NCBI GenBank assembly: GCA_009914755.4
Contig: CP086569.2
Coordinates: 17,728,001 to 17,792,000 of the forward strand
Source: the human T2T-CHM13v2.0 reference genome, Homo sapiens
Length of the DNA stretch: 64,000 nt
Direction of reading: 5' to 3'
Part shown: positions 47,758 to 61,500 of the stretch, piece after piece
Layout: every line of letters starts with the position of its first letter
How positions within the stretch are numbered: position 1 is the stretch's first letter
Program-made: the position numbers and the translations under genes
Notes under the pieces: generated by a model
What the model was told of the DNA's origin: nothing
Seen by the model: only the letters and a program-made list of their open reading frames with translations
Databases searched by the model: none

Positions 47758-48053
47758 GCCAGCCATAGTGGCTAAAGCCTGTAATCCCAGCACTTCTGGA
47801 AACTGAAGTGGGAGGATCATTTGAGCCCAGGAATTTGAGACCACTATGGGCAACATAGTGACACCCAGTCTCTACAAAAAAATCAAAAACTTAGCCAGGT
47901 GTGGTGGCATGTGCCTGTGGTATCAGCTACTTGGGAGGCTGAGGTAGGAAGACCTCTTGAGCCCAAGAGATAAAGGCTGAAGTGAACTGTGATCACTTCA
48001 CTACATTCCACCCTGGATAACAGAGCAAGACCCTGTCTCAGAGGAAAAAAAAA
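47758..48053 (+). mobile_element. Alu SINE
   Basis: ggccagccatagtggctaaagcctgtaatcccagcac ... ccaccctggataacagagcaagaccctgtctc. Confidence 0.85.
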
Positions 48054-48369
48054 TCATATATGGAATTCAAAAGACACCAGGATGCCTAAATAGTTGAAAA
48101 GAGATCATTTTGGTGATAATTGGTTTGCAAACTTGGAAGACTTCAAACTTGCAAAATTCTGGGGCTGACTGAAGACACCCTCTTTTTGAAGAGGAGAAGG
48201 ATATGTTGGTTTTTATACTTCACAATGTCCATATTACATGATAGAATTCACATGTTCATCAGGGTTGGGAAGAAAGCTATTCATATTTATGAGAGGAGCC
48301 AAGTACATGCAGATTGGGTAAACATATATGTGACATACATCCCATGTTCACTTTGATGTGAAATTTTAG

Positions 48370-48470
48370 CATTAAAATGGTGATGGTGGTGGTGATGATG
48401 GTGATGGTAATGGTGATGGTAATAATGATGGTAATGGTGGTGCTGATGATGGTTATGACAATGATAAGGT
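48370..48470. repeat. (GATGGT)n-type minisatellite, related to the 44165-44690 array
   Basis: ggtgatggtggtggtgatgatggtgatggtaatggtgatggtaataatgatgg... Confidence 0.85.
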
Positions 48471-48920
48471 GGAATTAGGCTCTTTTTGTCAAAAAGTGAG
48501 CAATAGGACACAAAGACAAGGTCGTGTACAGCTACTGTAAGCTGCTGAAACTGATAGTTAGGTCTGCAGTTGCTTATTGGAAAAGAATGTTTGTGGGGCC
48601 AGTCCTCTGTCCAGTTAGAGTTGTAGTGGTCTGGGTTCAAAATCTGAGTTGGAAGGCATTGTATAATTTGCCTGATTGCTGCTATCATAGGGAGTTGGGC
48701 CATAGGAATTTAGAAATTTGCCTTCCCAACCAGAGACTGAATGCTTCACCCACAGATAACTTTTGTTTCCTTAATTTTAGGATCCCTCTTTTTTTATGAA
48801 AGGGCATTTTTCTTCGATCTGTCAGATCATGTAAGACAGGTGAGTTAAATGACACATCATAAGCATTCATTGAAACAATGGCCAGTGCTTGGCAGTACTG
48901 AAACTTAAAAGACAATCAAA

Positions 48921-49169
48921 GTTGGGCATAACCTCAGCACTTTGGGAGGCTGAGGTGAGTGGATCACTTAAAATCAGGATTTCAACATGGTGAAACCCCA
49001 TCTCTATGAAAAATACACACCGAAATTTAGCTGGGCTTGGTGGTATGTGCCTGTAATCCCATATACTCGAGAGGCTGAGGCAGGAAAATTCCTTCACCTG
49101 GGAGGTGGAGGTTGCAGTGAGCCAAGATTGCACCACTACACTCCTAGGCAATGGAGTGAGACCTTGTCT

Positions 49170-49211
<42 letters not shown>

Positions 49212-49232
49212 AAAAAAGAAAAAAAAAAGGAA
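48921..49232 (+). mobile_element. Alu SINE with long poly-A
   Basis: gttgggcataacctcagcactttgggaggctgagg ... about 60 nt of A with interruptions. Confidence 0.85.
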
Positions 49233-50394
49233 ACCAATAAAATTTCTTGCTGACTACATTTACCAATGAATTAATAATTTTGTTAACTCTGAACGATAGG
49301 TTGAAGATATTTTGAGAAGAATTTTATTTCTGGCTATTAAGTTGATGGCCTTATTTAGTAGGAACACAAGGTTATTATTATTTTCAGAGTCTTTTGCAAT
49401 GGCACATTTGTTCTACTTAATGTGACCAACAGTTATTTTTGCTTACAAAATCCATGGATTATGGCATGTGTCTCAGATATTTATTACTTTTCTCTTCCAG
49501 CCACAAACATATCTCAGCATGTTAGATGGTCTGCCTAATTATATTTCAAAGAAAAACCTTTATTTTGAATATTACACTGAATGATTATCAACATGGCATA
49601 GATTAAAAAGGATAATTAGGACTGTTTCCATAGCAACTCACTTGTAATAGTAAATTTTAAAAATTCTGCAAAAACAATTTGATACAGGTTATAAATCACA
49701 CATTTTTAAAACCAGAAATTTTCCACTGTGCATCCTATACTTATTCTAATGTAGTCTTGTTTTCTCTTCAGAAGATAATTTAAATATCAATTCAGCTCAA
49801 TTTTATTGCATTTATCTTTGCAGTAAGTCAGTCATTTTACAGTCTAAGTTGAGTTTTCAATAAACTATTTAGAATGACAGGAACATTGCCATTTTGATAC
49901 AGGTATATTTCTGAATATTTCTGCATCTGGTATTTGGAATGTAGTTTTAAAAAGTAATTGTTTTGTCTTGAGAGTAAGTGTTTAGTGTCATACTATTCAC
50001 TGCATTAGAGACTAAGTGAATAATAAAAATTGTATGTAGCTCATTCTAGAAGAATGTCAAGTCAACCCAGAGGCATTGGAGTTAACTATTCCTAAAATCT
50101 TTTGATTTTTTTTCCTGAAGATATTCTGAAAATATGAACAGATTACCTAAATGGTTTAGAGTAATTTTGAAAAATCAACAATTGTAACATTTATATTGGA
50201 GAGTGAAGCATATATACTAAGTTGGATTTTATCGAATGATTCTAAATCCTTATAAAAAGTTACCACCTGAAAACAACGATCTTATTTTGGTGTTGATGTT
50301 TTATCTTCAAAGAACGTGTGTCATAAATGTTGAATCAAATTCCAGCAGCATTGACGTTTTCTGGCTATTTTTTGGCTTTCTGTGTTTGTTTGCT

Positions 50395-50929
50395 TGTTTG
50401 TTTGTTTCTTTTTGAGACAGAATCTCATTCTGTCACTCATGCTGGAGTACAGTGACAGATCTTGGCTCACTGCAATCTCTACATCCCAGGTTCAAGCAGT
50501 TCCTCCGCCTCAGCCTCCCGAGTAGCTGGTACTATAGATACCACCACCATGCCCAGGTTATTTACTTATTTATTTATTTATTCCCAGGCTCATGCCATTC
50601 TCCTGCCTCAGCCTCCCGAGTAGCTGGGACTACAGGCACCCGCCACCATACCTAGCTAATTTTTTTTTGTTTTTAATAGAGACAGGGTTTCACCGTGTTA
50701 GCCAGGATGGTCTCGATCTCCTGACCTCATGATCCACCCGCTTCGGCCTCGCAGAATGCTGAGATTACAAGCGTGAGCCACCGCACCTGGCCAATTTTTT
50801 TTGTGTTGTTATTAGAGACAGGGTTTTGCATGTTGGCCAGATTGGTCTCCAACTGCTGACTTCAAGTGACCTGCCTGTGTCGCCCTCCTAAAATGCTGAG
50901 ATTACACGCATGGACCATTGCTCCTGGCC
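50395..50929 (-). mobile_element. Old Alu (antisense) split by a nested younger Alu
   Basis: Right-arm complement 50395-50582 and left-arm complement 50793-50929 are separated by the Alu at 50583-50792. Confidence 0.75.
50583..50792 (-). mobile_element. Younger Alu (AluS/Y-like, antisense) nested in the old Alu
   Basis: cccaggctcatgccattctcctgcctcagcctcccgagtagctgggactacaggcacccgccacca ... gtgagccaccgcacctggcc, CpGs retained. Confidence 0.8.
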
Positions 50930-51564
50930 TCTCACTTTGAATTTCTATAATTGAGTTGGGAATTTGAGTACACATTTGACAAGTATTTATCTTGTGCCTA
51001 CTTTGTGTGGCAAACCAGAAAATGCTGGGAATATAGCAACACACACGGAGCTGGAAATCGTGTAGGGAGAGAGGCAATAAACAAACTTATATGATATGGT
51101 ATCAAGTCCTCATAGTTGCAGGCACTATAACAAAACAATTATAAATATAGCAAAGAGTGTCTGGAAACTACAGCCCATGGGCCAGGTGTTGCTCTCCGCC
51201 CATTTTTGTAAATAAAGTTTTATTGGAACACTACCACACTCATTCACTTGTATACAGCATATGAATGCTTTCCCACTAAACAGCAGAGTTAAGCATATGT
51301 GACTGAAAGCACTGACCCACAAAGCCTAAAATATCTATTATCTGACCAATTGCAAAACAGTTGGAGACCCCTGGTATAGAGATTTTAGGATTGTTCCATT
51401 TTATTACAGGATGGAAAGAGGGTGTCTATGAGGATGTAAATTTTCAGCAGCATGATTTCTTTTGAGAGTCCCCCTACAAAAAAGAAAAAAAAAATCCCAG
51501 TCAAGTCACAACATAGAATATTGGATTTTAAAATGTGATGTGTGTTGGAGGTGAAGTGTCCATA

Positions 51565-51855
51565 TTTTCTTTCTTTTTTTTTTTTTTTTTTTTTATGATT
51601 TTTGTCTCTCTCTATCACCCAGGCTGGAGTGCAGTGGTGTGATCTGGGCTCAGTAAAACCTCCATCTCCAGGTTCAAGATATTTCTTCTGCCTCAGCCTC
51701 CCGAGTAGCTGGGACTACAGGCACGTGTCACCAAACCCAGCTAATTGTTTTTATTTTTCACAGAGACAGGGTTCACCATGTTGGCCAGGCTGGTCTCAAA
51801 CTCCTGATCTCATGTGATCTGCCTGCCTCAGCCTCCCAAAGTTCTGTAATTACAC
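51565..51855 (-). mobile_element. Alu SINE (antisense)
   Basis: T(26) then gtctctctctatcacccaggctggagtgcagtggtgtgatc... Confidence 0.9.
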
Positions 51856-52422
51856 ATATTTTATTTAATAGTTACAAGTATCCTTGTGAGTTTAATCTTT
51901 TACTTTTTTATTTTGAGATGGTCTCTGAGGAAGTTGCAAAAATAGCAGAGTCCCATATAATGCTTCACCCCATCCGTGTTCAATGATGACACCTTACATA
52001 ACCGTAATATGTTATAAAAACCAGGAAATTGGCATTGGTAAAATCCTGGTAAGGAAACTACACAACTTATTCAGTTTTTACTACTTTTTATAGTTCCAAA
52101 ATAATGTATTTTTGTATTTGTGTGTATAATTCTATGCCATTTTATCCCATGTGTAGACTCACATAGCTACACATCAAGATTAAAAAGTGTTCCACTGTAA
52201 CAAAACATGCCCCTCCTGTTGCTTATGTTAGCACCTGCTGCACCCATGCAATTTTCCTGACAACCAGTTATCTCTCTCTATCTCTGTCATGTCGTCATTT
52301 TGAGTATATCTTGTAAATGCAATAATGCAATATATGACCTTTAGAGATGTACATTTTTCATTTTCATTTCACTTCAAAATGCCTTTACATCTACTTTGGT
52401 TGTTGAGTGCATCAATATTTAA

Positions 52423-52824
<402 letters not shown>

Positions 52825-52874
52825 TGAATGACATTTTATTTCTTCCAAAGTTTTTAATCTTTTAAATTTATTTT

Positions 52875-53158
52875 TATTTTTTAAGGCAGTGTCTCACTCT
52901 GTCAACCAGGCTGGAGCATGCAAACACAGTTCACTGAAGCCTTGACCTCTCAGGTTCAAAGGATCCTCCCACCTCAGCCTCCCAAGTAGCTAGGACCACA
53001 GCACATACCACCAAGCCATGCAATTTTTTTTCTATTTTTGAAGAGACAGGGTTTCACCATGTTGCCCAAGCTGGTCTCAAAGTCCTGGGCTCATGTGATC
53101 CTTCTGCCTTTGCTTCCCAAAGTGCTGGATTACAGGTATTGAGCCATTGTACCTGGTT
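52875..53158 (-). mobile_element. Alu SINE (old, antisense)
   Basis: aaggcagtgtctcactctgtcaaccaggctggagcatgcaaac ... gtgctggattacaggtattgagccattgtacctgg. Confidence 0.85.
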
Positions 53159-53689
53159 AGATTTTTCTTTTCCAAATAAAGCTACCATGAACATTCATGT
53201 GCAGGTTTTATCTGAACGTTGTTTTTATCTCTCTGGCTTAATTTCCAATGAATACAATTATGAGTTATATGTGTCCATGTATATTACAGTGGTTTCTTTC
53301 TTGATATTATTCTTAATCAACTTTTTATATTTTACATGCATTGTTGGCAATAAGATGGACAGGTTGTTAACCTAAATTATTTAGGAAAACCTACACAAAC
53401 CCATATTAAAATTTTAATTCTTTTAACATTTTTCTTTGCATACCAAATGTAGATTTTCCAGACCTTTTTAGGTATCTCATTTGGTAGAAATGATTGCTTA
53501 TTTTATGTGTCTACCTTGAGAAATCAAAATGAATTGACTTATAATATTATACTTTTTATTTAAATTTTTAAAGTCCTTTTGGAAATTAAAAAACTGTGTG
53601 TTCTAATCACTAAAAGAGTCAGGAGAGCATATAGCACAGCTCCTCATTGTGCCATATGTGGAAATGGGGAAATGTGAAATTAAATTAAC

Positions 53690-56300
53690 AGGAGGATTTG
53701 GGAGCACAAATAAAAAAGGCAAAGCAGCTTGTTGGGTAAATCAAATTACTGATAAATGTTAAGCCTCCAGAACCTGTACATTTAAAATGGTTTACAGGTA
53801 AGCCAATTTGGGTAGAACAATGGCCACTAAGTAAAGAGAAACTGGAAGCTTTAGAGAAATTAGTTGCTGAACAATTAGAAAATGGGAACATAGCTCCAAC
53901 ATTTTCTCCTTGGAATTCTCCAGTTTTAGTAATTAAGAAAAAATCAGGAAAACAGAGAATGTTAACTGACTTAAGAGCCATCTATTCAGTTATACAACCT
54001 ATGGGAGCATTACAGCCAGGATTACCTTCTTCTGCTTTAATTCCAAAAAATTGGCCTTTAATTGTCATAGATTTAAAAGATTGTTTCTTTACTATCCCAT
54101 TAGCTGAACAAGACTGTGAACTGTTTGCGTTTACAATTCCTGCGGTAAACAACCTGCAGCCTGCTAAGCATTATCACTGGAAAGTGTTGCCACAAGACAT
54201 GTTAAACAGTGCAACAATTTGCCAGACATATGTGAGGCAAGCAATTGAACCTACTCTTAAAAAATTTTCAGTATTACATTATTCATTATACAGATGATAT
54301 ACTTTGTACTGCCCCCACTCGAGAAATACTACTCCAATGTTATGATCACTTACAAAATTCAATTTCTTGTGCTGGTTTAATTACCGATCCTGACAAAATT
54401 CAGACTAGTACTCCTTAATCCTACTTGGGGATATTAGTAAATGACACTACCATTGTGCCACAGAAAGTAACCATACATAGGGCTATATTAAAAACATTAA
54501 ATGACTTTCAGAAATTACTAGGGTATATTAATTGGATAAGACCTGCTCTAGGCATTCCTATCTATGCCATAAGTAATCTGTTTTCTATCCTTAGAAGAAA
54601 TCCTAGTCTCACTAGCCCTCTGCAATTAACAAAAGAGGCTGAGGCAGAGTTACAACTGATTGAGAAGCAAATCCATAAAGCTCAGATAAATAGAACAGAT
54701 CCAGAGAAGACTCTGGATTTGTTAATCTTTTCAACTCAGCATTTACCTACTGGTGTTATTGTCCAAGAACTGGACTTAGAAGAGTGTTTTTTCTTCCCCT
54801 TCCTAATTCATGGACTCTAACTCCTTATTTAGATCAAATCACTACTATGATAGGGAGTGGGAGAACTCGAATTGTTAAATTACATGTATATGATCCTGGA
54901 AAAATTATTGTCCCTCTCATGAAGGCACAAATACAGCAAGCTTTTATAAATAGTCTTACATGGCAAACCCATTTAGCTGACTTTGTGGATATTCTCGATA
55001 ATCATTTTCCTAAAATGAAGCTGTTTCAGTTGTTGAAATTTACTAATGGGATTCTCCCTAAAATAACTAAATTTAAACCAATTGAAGGTGCTGAGAATGT
55101 TTTTACAGTTGGGTCTAGTAATGGTAAAGCTTCCTATTTTGGCTCAAAAAGTAAAGTTTTCCAGACATCCTGTACTTCAGCTCAAAAAGCAGAGCTGGCA
55201 GCGGTAATTGAGGTATGGACTTCTTTTGATATGGCTGTTAGTATGATTTCTGATTCTTCATACGTGATTCATTCCACACAGTTAATTGGAAATGCTCAGT
55301 TAGGATTTCATACAGACAAACAACGGATGGCTTTATTTACCCAATTGCAAACAGCAGTTAGGAGTAGAATGGACTCTTTTTACATCACTTACATTAGGGT
55401 TCACACACTTCTTCCAGGACCTTTGACTGAAAGGAATCAAATGACTGATTGCCTAGTTGATACTGCAATGTCTAATGCCAGACACTTTCACAGTTTAACC
55501 AATGATAATGGCTCTGGTCTCAAACCAGATACAGCATTACCTGGAAAGAAGCTAAAGCTATTATCCAGTGATGCCCAACTTGCCAAATGGTACATTCCTC
55601 ATCTTTTACAGGAGGAGGTAATCCTCAAGGATTGGAACCTAAGTCTAATTGGCAAATGGATGTCACACATGTTCCCTCGTCTGGGAGACTAGCTTATGTA
55701 CGTGTATGTGCAGACAGCTTTTCTCATGTTGTTTGGGCTATGTGCCAAACAGGAGAGTCTTATGCCTGTGTTAAACTCATCTTTTGCTATGTTTTGTGGT
55801 GATGGGCATTCCAGCTTCTATTACAACAGATAATGCCCCAGGCTATACTAGCCAAGCTCTAGCTACCTTCTCTACGTGGAATATTGAACACATTACTGGT
55901 ACCCCATACAATTCTCAGGGACAAGCCATAGTGGAAAAAATGAATCTCTCCCAAAAACAGCAGTTGCAAAAGCAAAAAGGGAGAAACAATGTTGGAACAC
56001 GACAGATGCAACTGAACCTAGCATTATTAACTTTAAATTTTTTAAGCCTGCCCAAAGGCCAGATATTATCAGCAGCTGAACAACATTTACAGAAACCAGC
56101 TGCAAATACAGAAACAGAACAACTGATTTGGTGGAGAGATCCAATAACAAAAAGTTGGGAAATAGGTAAAATAATAACTTGGGGTAGAGGTTATGCTTAT
56201 ATTTATCCAGGCCAAAATCAACAGCTGATTTAGATACCATCAAGACACCTGAAACCTTATCATGAGCCAGATGATGAAGAAGTGACTCCAGAGGACCCCC
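53690..56300 (+). pseudogene. pol: HERV-K pol remnant (RT, RNase H, integrase) with frameshifts and stops
   Basis: ORFs 53959..54297, 54425..54820, 54784..55692 (302 aa, RNase H plus IN N-terminus), 55587..55802 and 55784..56233 tile HERV-K Pol in shifting frames. Confidence 0.85.
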
Positions 56301-56407
56301 CAGTTGCAGCCATGTTGAGACTGATGCTGAGGTGGACCCCAACTGTCATGAGCAACACCCATCAAACACAGCCACCCCCCTTGGGACAGACCAAGAAGCT
56401 GCCATAG

Positions 56408-57364
56408 ATGGCAGAAGAAAACCTGAGGGAAGCAGGACAACCAGTCACAATGAATAATTTAATGGTAGCTATGATAGCGGTTATCACCACTGCCGTGAGT
56501 ATTCCTTCAATAAGGGCTGGTAATAATGTCTGGATGCAATCACTCTCACACAGCTACACATGCTTTCTGATCTCAGTATTTACCATAATAAATCTGCTCC
56601 TATAATTGGGGCATACCACCCTCGAAAACCTATTTGTAAACAGGATTGGACCCAGTTTGGAAAAAATGAAAGCACTTGTTTAAGAAGACTGCTTTACAGA
56701 ACAGGCAGAGGTGTTGCACAACAATTCCTATGGAATCATTATTAATTGGTCCCCTAAGGGGATGTTTAGCTTAAATTGCACATCTCAGTCTGCGTGCCAT
56801 GATCACACTATGTTCAAATGATCTGAACAAAATGGTCAGATGGTAGAAATGATAAGAAGTGTGGCAAAAGTTCCTATTATCTGGAACCATGGCGGTATAG
56901 TGGCACCTCAACCTCAAATGACATGGCCCGCTCTAGGAGCTAAACATAAGGATTTGTGGAAATTATTAAATACTCTTAATAAGATCAAAACTTGGGCAAA
57001 AATAAAAAAGCATCTAAAAGGACACTCAACAAACCTGCTTTTGGATATAACAAAATTAAAAGAACAAATATTTAAAGCATCCCAGGCACACATGACCTTA
57101 ATGCCAGGAATTAAAATACTTAAAGGAGCTGCAGATACATTAGCAACTAGTAAGCCATTTAAATGGATAAAAACACTTGGAAGCTCTGTGATTTCAATGA
57201 TGATGGTGCTTTTTATCTATGTTGTTTGTATAGTCTGCAGATGCAGATCCCGACTCCTGCGAGAAGTAGCTCACCATGACAAAGCTGCCCTTGCTTTTAC
57301 CTTTCTGCAAATCAGAGAAGGGAGAAATGTTGGGAGCAAGCCCCCCAAAATCTGGCCATAAACT
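56408..57364 (+). pseudogene. env: HERV-K env remnant with a large internal deletion
   Basis: ORF 56408..56605 covers the env N-terminus. ORF 56840..57361 ends with the TM C-terminus (DITKLKEQIFKASQAHMTLMPG...membrane span...CRCRSRLLRE). Most of SU and the TM ectodomain are missing. Confidence 0.75.
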
Positions 57365-57444
57365 GGCCCCAAGACTGGCCATAAACAAAATATCTGCAGC
57401 ACTGTAACATGTTCATAATGGCCTTAATGACCAATCTGGAAGGT

Positions 57445-58100
57445 TGTGGGTTTATGGGAATGAGGGCAAGGAACACCTGGCCTGCCAGGGTGGAAAAACA
57501 CTTAAAGGCATTCTTAAGCCACAAACAAAAGCATGAGCTATTCATGCCTTAAGGGCATGTTCCTGCTGCAGTTAACTAGCCCAACCTATTCCTTTAATTC
57601 AGCTCATCTCTTCGTTTCCCATAAGGGATACTTTTAGTTAATTTAATATTTATAGAAACAATGCTAATGACTGGTTTGCTGTTAGTAAATACGTGGGTAA
57701 ATCTCTGTTTGAGGCTCCCAGCTCTGAAGGCTGTGAGACCCCTGATTTCCCACTTCACACCTCTATATTTCTGTGTGTGTGTCTTTAACTCCTCTAGCAC
57801 CACTGGGTTAGGGTCTCCCCTACCTAGCTGGTCTCAGCAATTCTGAGCCATACATGAGTGACAGAGTCAAGAGTTCCTGAGAACATCTGCCCAAGGTGGT
57901 TGGGTTGCAGTTTAGTTTTATACGTTTTAGGTAGACAGAAGTTATACACAAAGTCATAATTCAATAAATGTAATGTATACATTTGTTCAGCCTGGAAATA
58001 TGAGTCATCTCCAGGCAGGGTTTTCCAGATCATAGGCCAATTCAAAGATGTCCTGATTGACAATTGGTTAAAAGAGTTAAGCTTTTTCTAAAGAGTTGAA
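57445..58100 (+). repeat. Putative HERV-K-type 3' LTR (start supported, end not resolved)
   Basis: A purine-rich run (ctggaagg), then TGTGGGTTTATGGGAATGAGGGCAAGG about 85 bp after the env stop. AATAAA at 57965-57970. No obvious terminal CA or TSD, so the end coordinate is a guess. Confidence 0.4.
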
Positions 58101-59517
58101 ATCAGTGGAGAGAAATGCTTGAGTTAAGGGGGTTACAGAAGCCAAGGTTCTTGTTACATAGATGAAATCTGTAAGTAACATGGTTCAGAGAGAATAGGTG
58201 GTAAATGTCTCACTTTTCAGGGCTTAAATGTCAGACAGTTAAATCTCTCAGGATCAGGGAAAGAAAGGGAAAGAAATTTCCTAAAAAATGAACATTTGTT
58301 TCATGAGCAATGGCTTTGCACAGCCATTTCAAAATATGTCAAAGAAAATCTATTTTGGAATAAAGTACTTTAATTTTATTTAGGGTCTGCAATCTGTCAT
58401 GTGATGCTATGCCAGAATCACAGTGGAATTTGGCATCTTATTGCCACAAACTGTCCATTTTGTCAGTCTTATGAGCTCTGTTTTAGCCCTAGGTCAATGT
58501 ATCTAAGCTCCAAAGGGAATGGGTATAACAAGGCCTGTCTGACACCTTCCAATCATGTCCTGAACTCGTTTTTCAGATTTTTTTTGAGGGGTATCCCTTT
58601 GGGCAAGAGAAGATGGGGTCTATTCAGTTGATTGAGGATTTAGAATTTCATTTCTGTTTTACAGTAGCAATAGAACCTTAATGACTACTCCATGGTCTGC
58701 AAAGTTACAACTCTAATTTGGATGTATCTGGATTCATGTAAGTACTTCCCAAATGAAAAAGTCACTAGGAGAATAGCAGAGGGAATTAGAGGTTGCCATT
58801 GATAACAAAGGATGCAGATAGAAATTAGGCAATCTTAGAATATCACAGAATGTCACTGTTTTTTTCAGTAGCTAACTCAATATCTGGCACATACAATGCA
58901 TGAAATAAATATTTATAAGTTGACATTTAGAAGACTAAATGCTTAACATATTATGCTAATTTTCATAAATCAGAGAAAAATCAAATTGTTATACAAATAA
59001 GAACTGCAAAATAAACTGTTTCAAAAATTCTGTATTTTTAACTATCACAATTTTTCTTCAGCACAATAATTTTATGATAAAAGACACTCTATTTATTGAT
59101 TAGAAAAGTCACAGATTTTTCTTTTTCTGTGTAGCTGTTAATAAGATAAAATAATTTAGCTATTATAATTAACCAAAAAATCTAAGACTGCCACAAACTC
59201 TGGACTTATCTGAAGATTATTAATAGGATGCTTATTAATAGTGGAAAAATAGCATCTCTGAATTTACAGATTAGACCTTCAATGTGTGCATTTTCCAAGT
59301 TTATTAATTTATATTATAAATTTTGTGTTGAAACAATTCAACGTTAGTGATTATTGCCCCAATGAATGCCTATTTTTGAATATTTTAATGATTTGTAATA
59401 GCAAATAAATTTGGAATTATTAACAAATGTAGGATAAACATGTCTCAATTATAAGATTTTGATTATAGCTATGAGTCTATATGATGTTCAGATAATCTCT
59501 TTAACTCTTTGGTTCAG

Positions 59518-59640
59518 TTGGACACAGTGGATTGAACCCCTAATCCTAGCACTTTCGGGGGCCAAGCGGGTGAATTGCTTGGACCCAGGATTTCAAGAGC
59601 AGCCTGGACAACAGAGTGAGACCCCATCTCTAAAAATTGA
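59518..59640 (+). mobile_element. Alu monomer-like fragment (FLAM/partial Alu)
   Basis: ggacacagtggattgaacccctaatcctagcactttcgggggccaagcgggtgaattgcttggacccagg... Confidence 0.6.
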
Positions 59641-59852
59641 TGTTTCTCATAGCTGTTTCTCATGACTGAATATTAACATTAGCAACAAATTGCCAAAAAG
59701 TAGATCATTACCAATATTCCCTTCAAGCTCACCAAGTCTCTATTTTCTTCCAGTGACAGTTACAGATAGATACAGAGATACATAAAATATAAAGAATCAA
59801 AAGTTACAATCTAAAATGATTTTTATAGATGACTATTAACATTGTTGCTTGC

Positions 59853-60138
59853 GGACAGGCATGGTGGCTCATGCCTATAATCCCAGTACCCTGGGAGGCT
59901 GAGGCAGGTACATAGCTTGAGGCCAGCAGTTTAAGACCAGCCTGCCCCACGTGGTAAAACCTCCTCTCTATTGAAAGTACAAAAATTAGTTGGGTGTGGT
60001 GGCATCTGTAGTCCCAGCTACTTGGAGGCTGAGATGGGAGGATCCCTTGAACCCAAGAGGCAGAAGTTGCAGTGAGCTCAGATCATGTCACTGCATTCCA
60101 GCCTGGGCAACAGAGCAAGATCCTCTCCTCAAAAAAAA
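59853..60138 (+). mobile_element. Alu SINE with TSD
   Basis: ggacaggcatggtggctcatgcctataatccc... Flanking direct repeat ttg(t/c)tgcttgc at 59842-59852 and after the A-tail (~60139-60149). Confidence 0.85.
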
Positions 60139-60913
60139 TTGCTGCTTGCAAAAATGACACTAATTAACAGTATTAGAAAAGTTTTATATTACAACAGTGT
60201 CGTGTGTATATATATTATTTATAGTTTATATATTCTTTATGTTACTTTCCTACACACAGACACAATCAGTCCCATTTGTCTTGTGCGTTCAAGCAGGAAA
60301 CCTCAGAGCATGTATTAAGAATTAATGATAAAGTCTGTATTAAAAAGCATTAGTCTTCAATCAATTGAATTTAAACTTGGGGTTCACTGGTCGCATTCTA
60401 GGAATAACTTATGTAACTAATTGTAAACTTCCAGTGGAAGGGAAGAAAGACAAAAAGACACAAGTTGCATTTATCCTACACATTCAATTAATGTTTGGAC
60501 ACATTTAAAGATCTGAAAAGCAGTATCTTTATTTTGTTTAGAGCTATATCTTCAGTAGCAACAACCATGGTTGGCATTTAGTAGTCCATATATATTTGTT
60601 GAAAAGTTGACTAGTTTGAGGTATTAAACTCATGACTTGAGTCACTGGCATAATCTCAGTGTGATGATACATTTTTATCCTCAGTCAGGTGATACCAGAA
60701 AGACATAGTGGCATTTATTACCTTACCCATGTTGTTGACTAATTATATGAGTGAAACCTCTCTAGCAGTAATTCATGCTACATTAATAACTGTTGTCATT
60801 AATCAAATTGTATTGATTACAAGCATGTTTAGTAAACCTCAGAAGCTAGTTGCTCCCCTACTCCACCATGTTACACAGAGCAGCTGTGTGGTTTCTCTTA
60901 GAAAGGTTGAAGA

Positions 60914-61185
60914 AGTTCAGGTACAGTGGCTCATGCCTGCAATCCCAACATTTTGAGAGGCCCAGATGGGAAGATTGATTGAGGCTAGGAATTTGATATC
61001 AGCCTGGACAACATGGAAAAACCCGATCTCTATAAATAAATTAAGAAATTACCTGGATATGGTTGCACAGACCTGTAGTCCTAGCTACCTGGGAGGCTGA
61101 GGTAGGGGGACCTCTTGAGCCCAGGACCTTGAGGCTACAACGAATCTTGATTCTGCCACTGCACTCAAGCCTGGCAACAGAGTGA
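60914..61185 (+). mobile_element. Alu SINE (old)
   Basis: gttcaggtacagtggctcatgcctgcaatcccaac ... ctgccactgcactcaagcctggcaacagagtgagg. Confidence 0.8.
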
Positions 61186-61500
61186 GGCCGAGAGAAGGAG
61201 AGAGAGAAAGAGGAGAGAGAGGAGACGGAGAGAGGAGAGAGGAGAGAGAGAGAAGGACAGAGGGAGGGAGGGAGGGAAAAGAGAGAAAAAGAAAGAAAGA
61301 AAGAAAGAAGGAAAGGAAGAAAGAAACAAAGAAAGCAAGAAAGAAAGAAGAGAGAGAAAGAAAAAGAAAGAAAGAAAGAAGGAAAGAAAGAAAGTAAGAG
61401 AGGGAAAAAAGGAGAAGGAAGGAAGGAAAGAAGTAAGGAAGGAGGGAGGGAAGGAAGGAAGGAAGGAAGGAAAGAAGGAAGGAAGGAAGGAAGGAAGGAA
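61186..61500. repeat. Purine-rich (GAGA/GAAA/GGAA)n microsatellite from an Alu tail
   Basis: About 315 bp of A/G only. Source of artefact ORFs 61041..61547, 61085..61537, 61165..61539 and 61182..61397. Confidence 0.9.

Larger units (their letters stand above)
53690..58100 (+). mobile_element. HERV-K superfamily (HML-type, betaretrovirus-like) provirus fragment: 5'-truncated pol, internally deleted env, putative 3' LTR
   Basis: Translation is colinear with HERV-K Pol from the RT N-terminus ([61 protein letters not shown]) through [51 protein letters not shown], the RNase H and integrase (DVTHVPS..YVRV, ITTDNAPGYTS, YNSQGQAIVE, ITWGRGYAYI). Env N-terminal and TM C-terminal pieces follow. No gag or 5' LTR is present; the 3' end is unresolved. 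Confidence 0.9.

Noticed and set aside
54784-55692. 302-aa ORF, the longest non-repeat-artefact ORF in the window
   Set aside because: It is the RNase H / integrase N-terminus part of the decayed HERV-K pol, flanked by frameshifts, with a degenerate integrase zinc-finger region. Not an intact or domesticated gene on this evidence.
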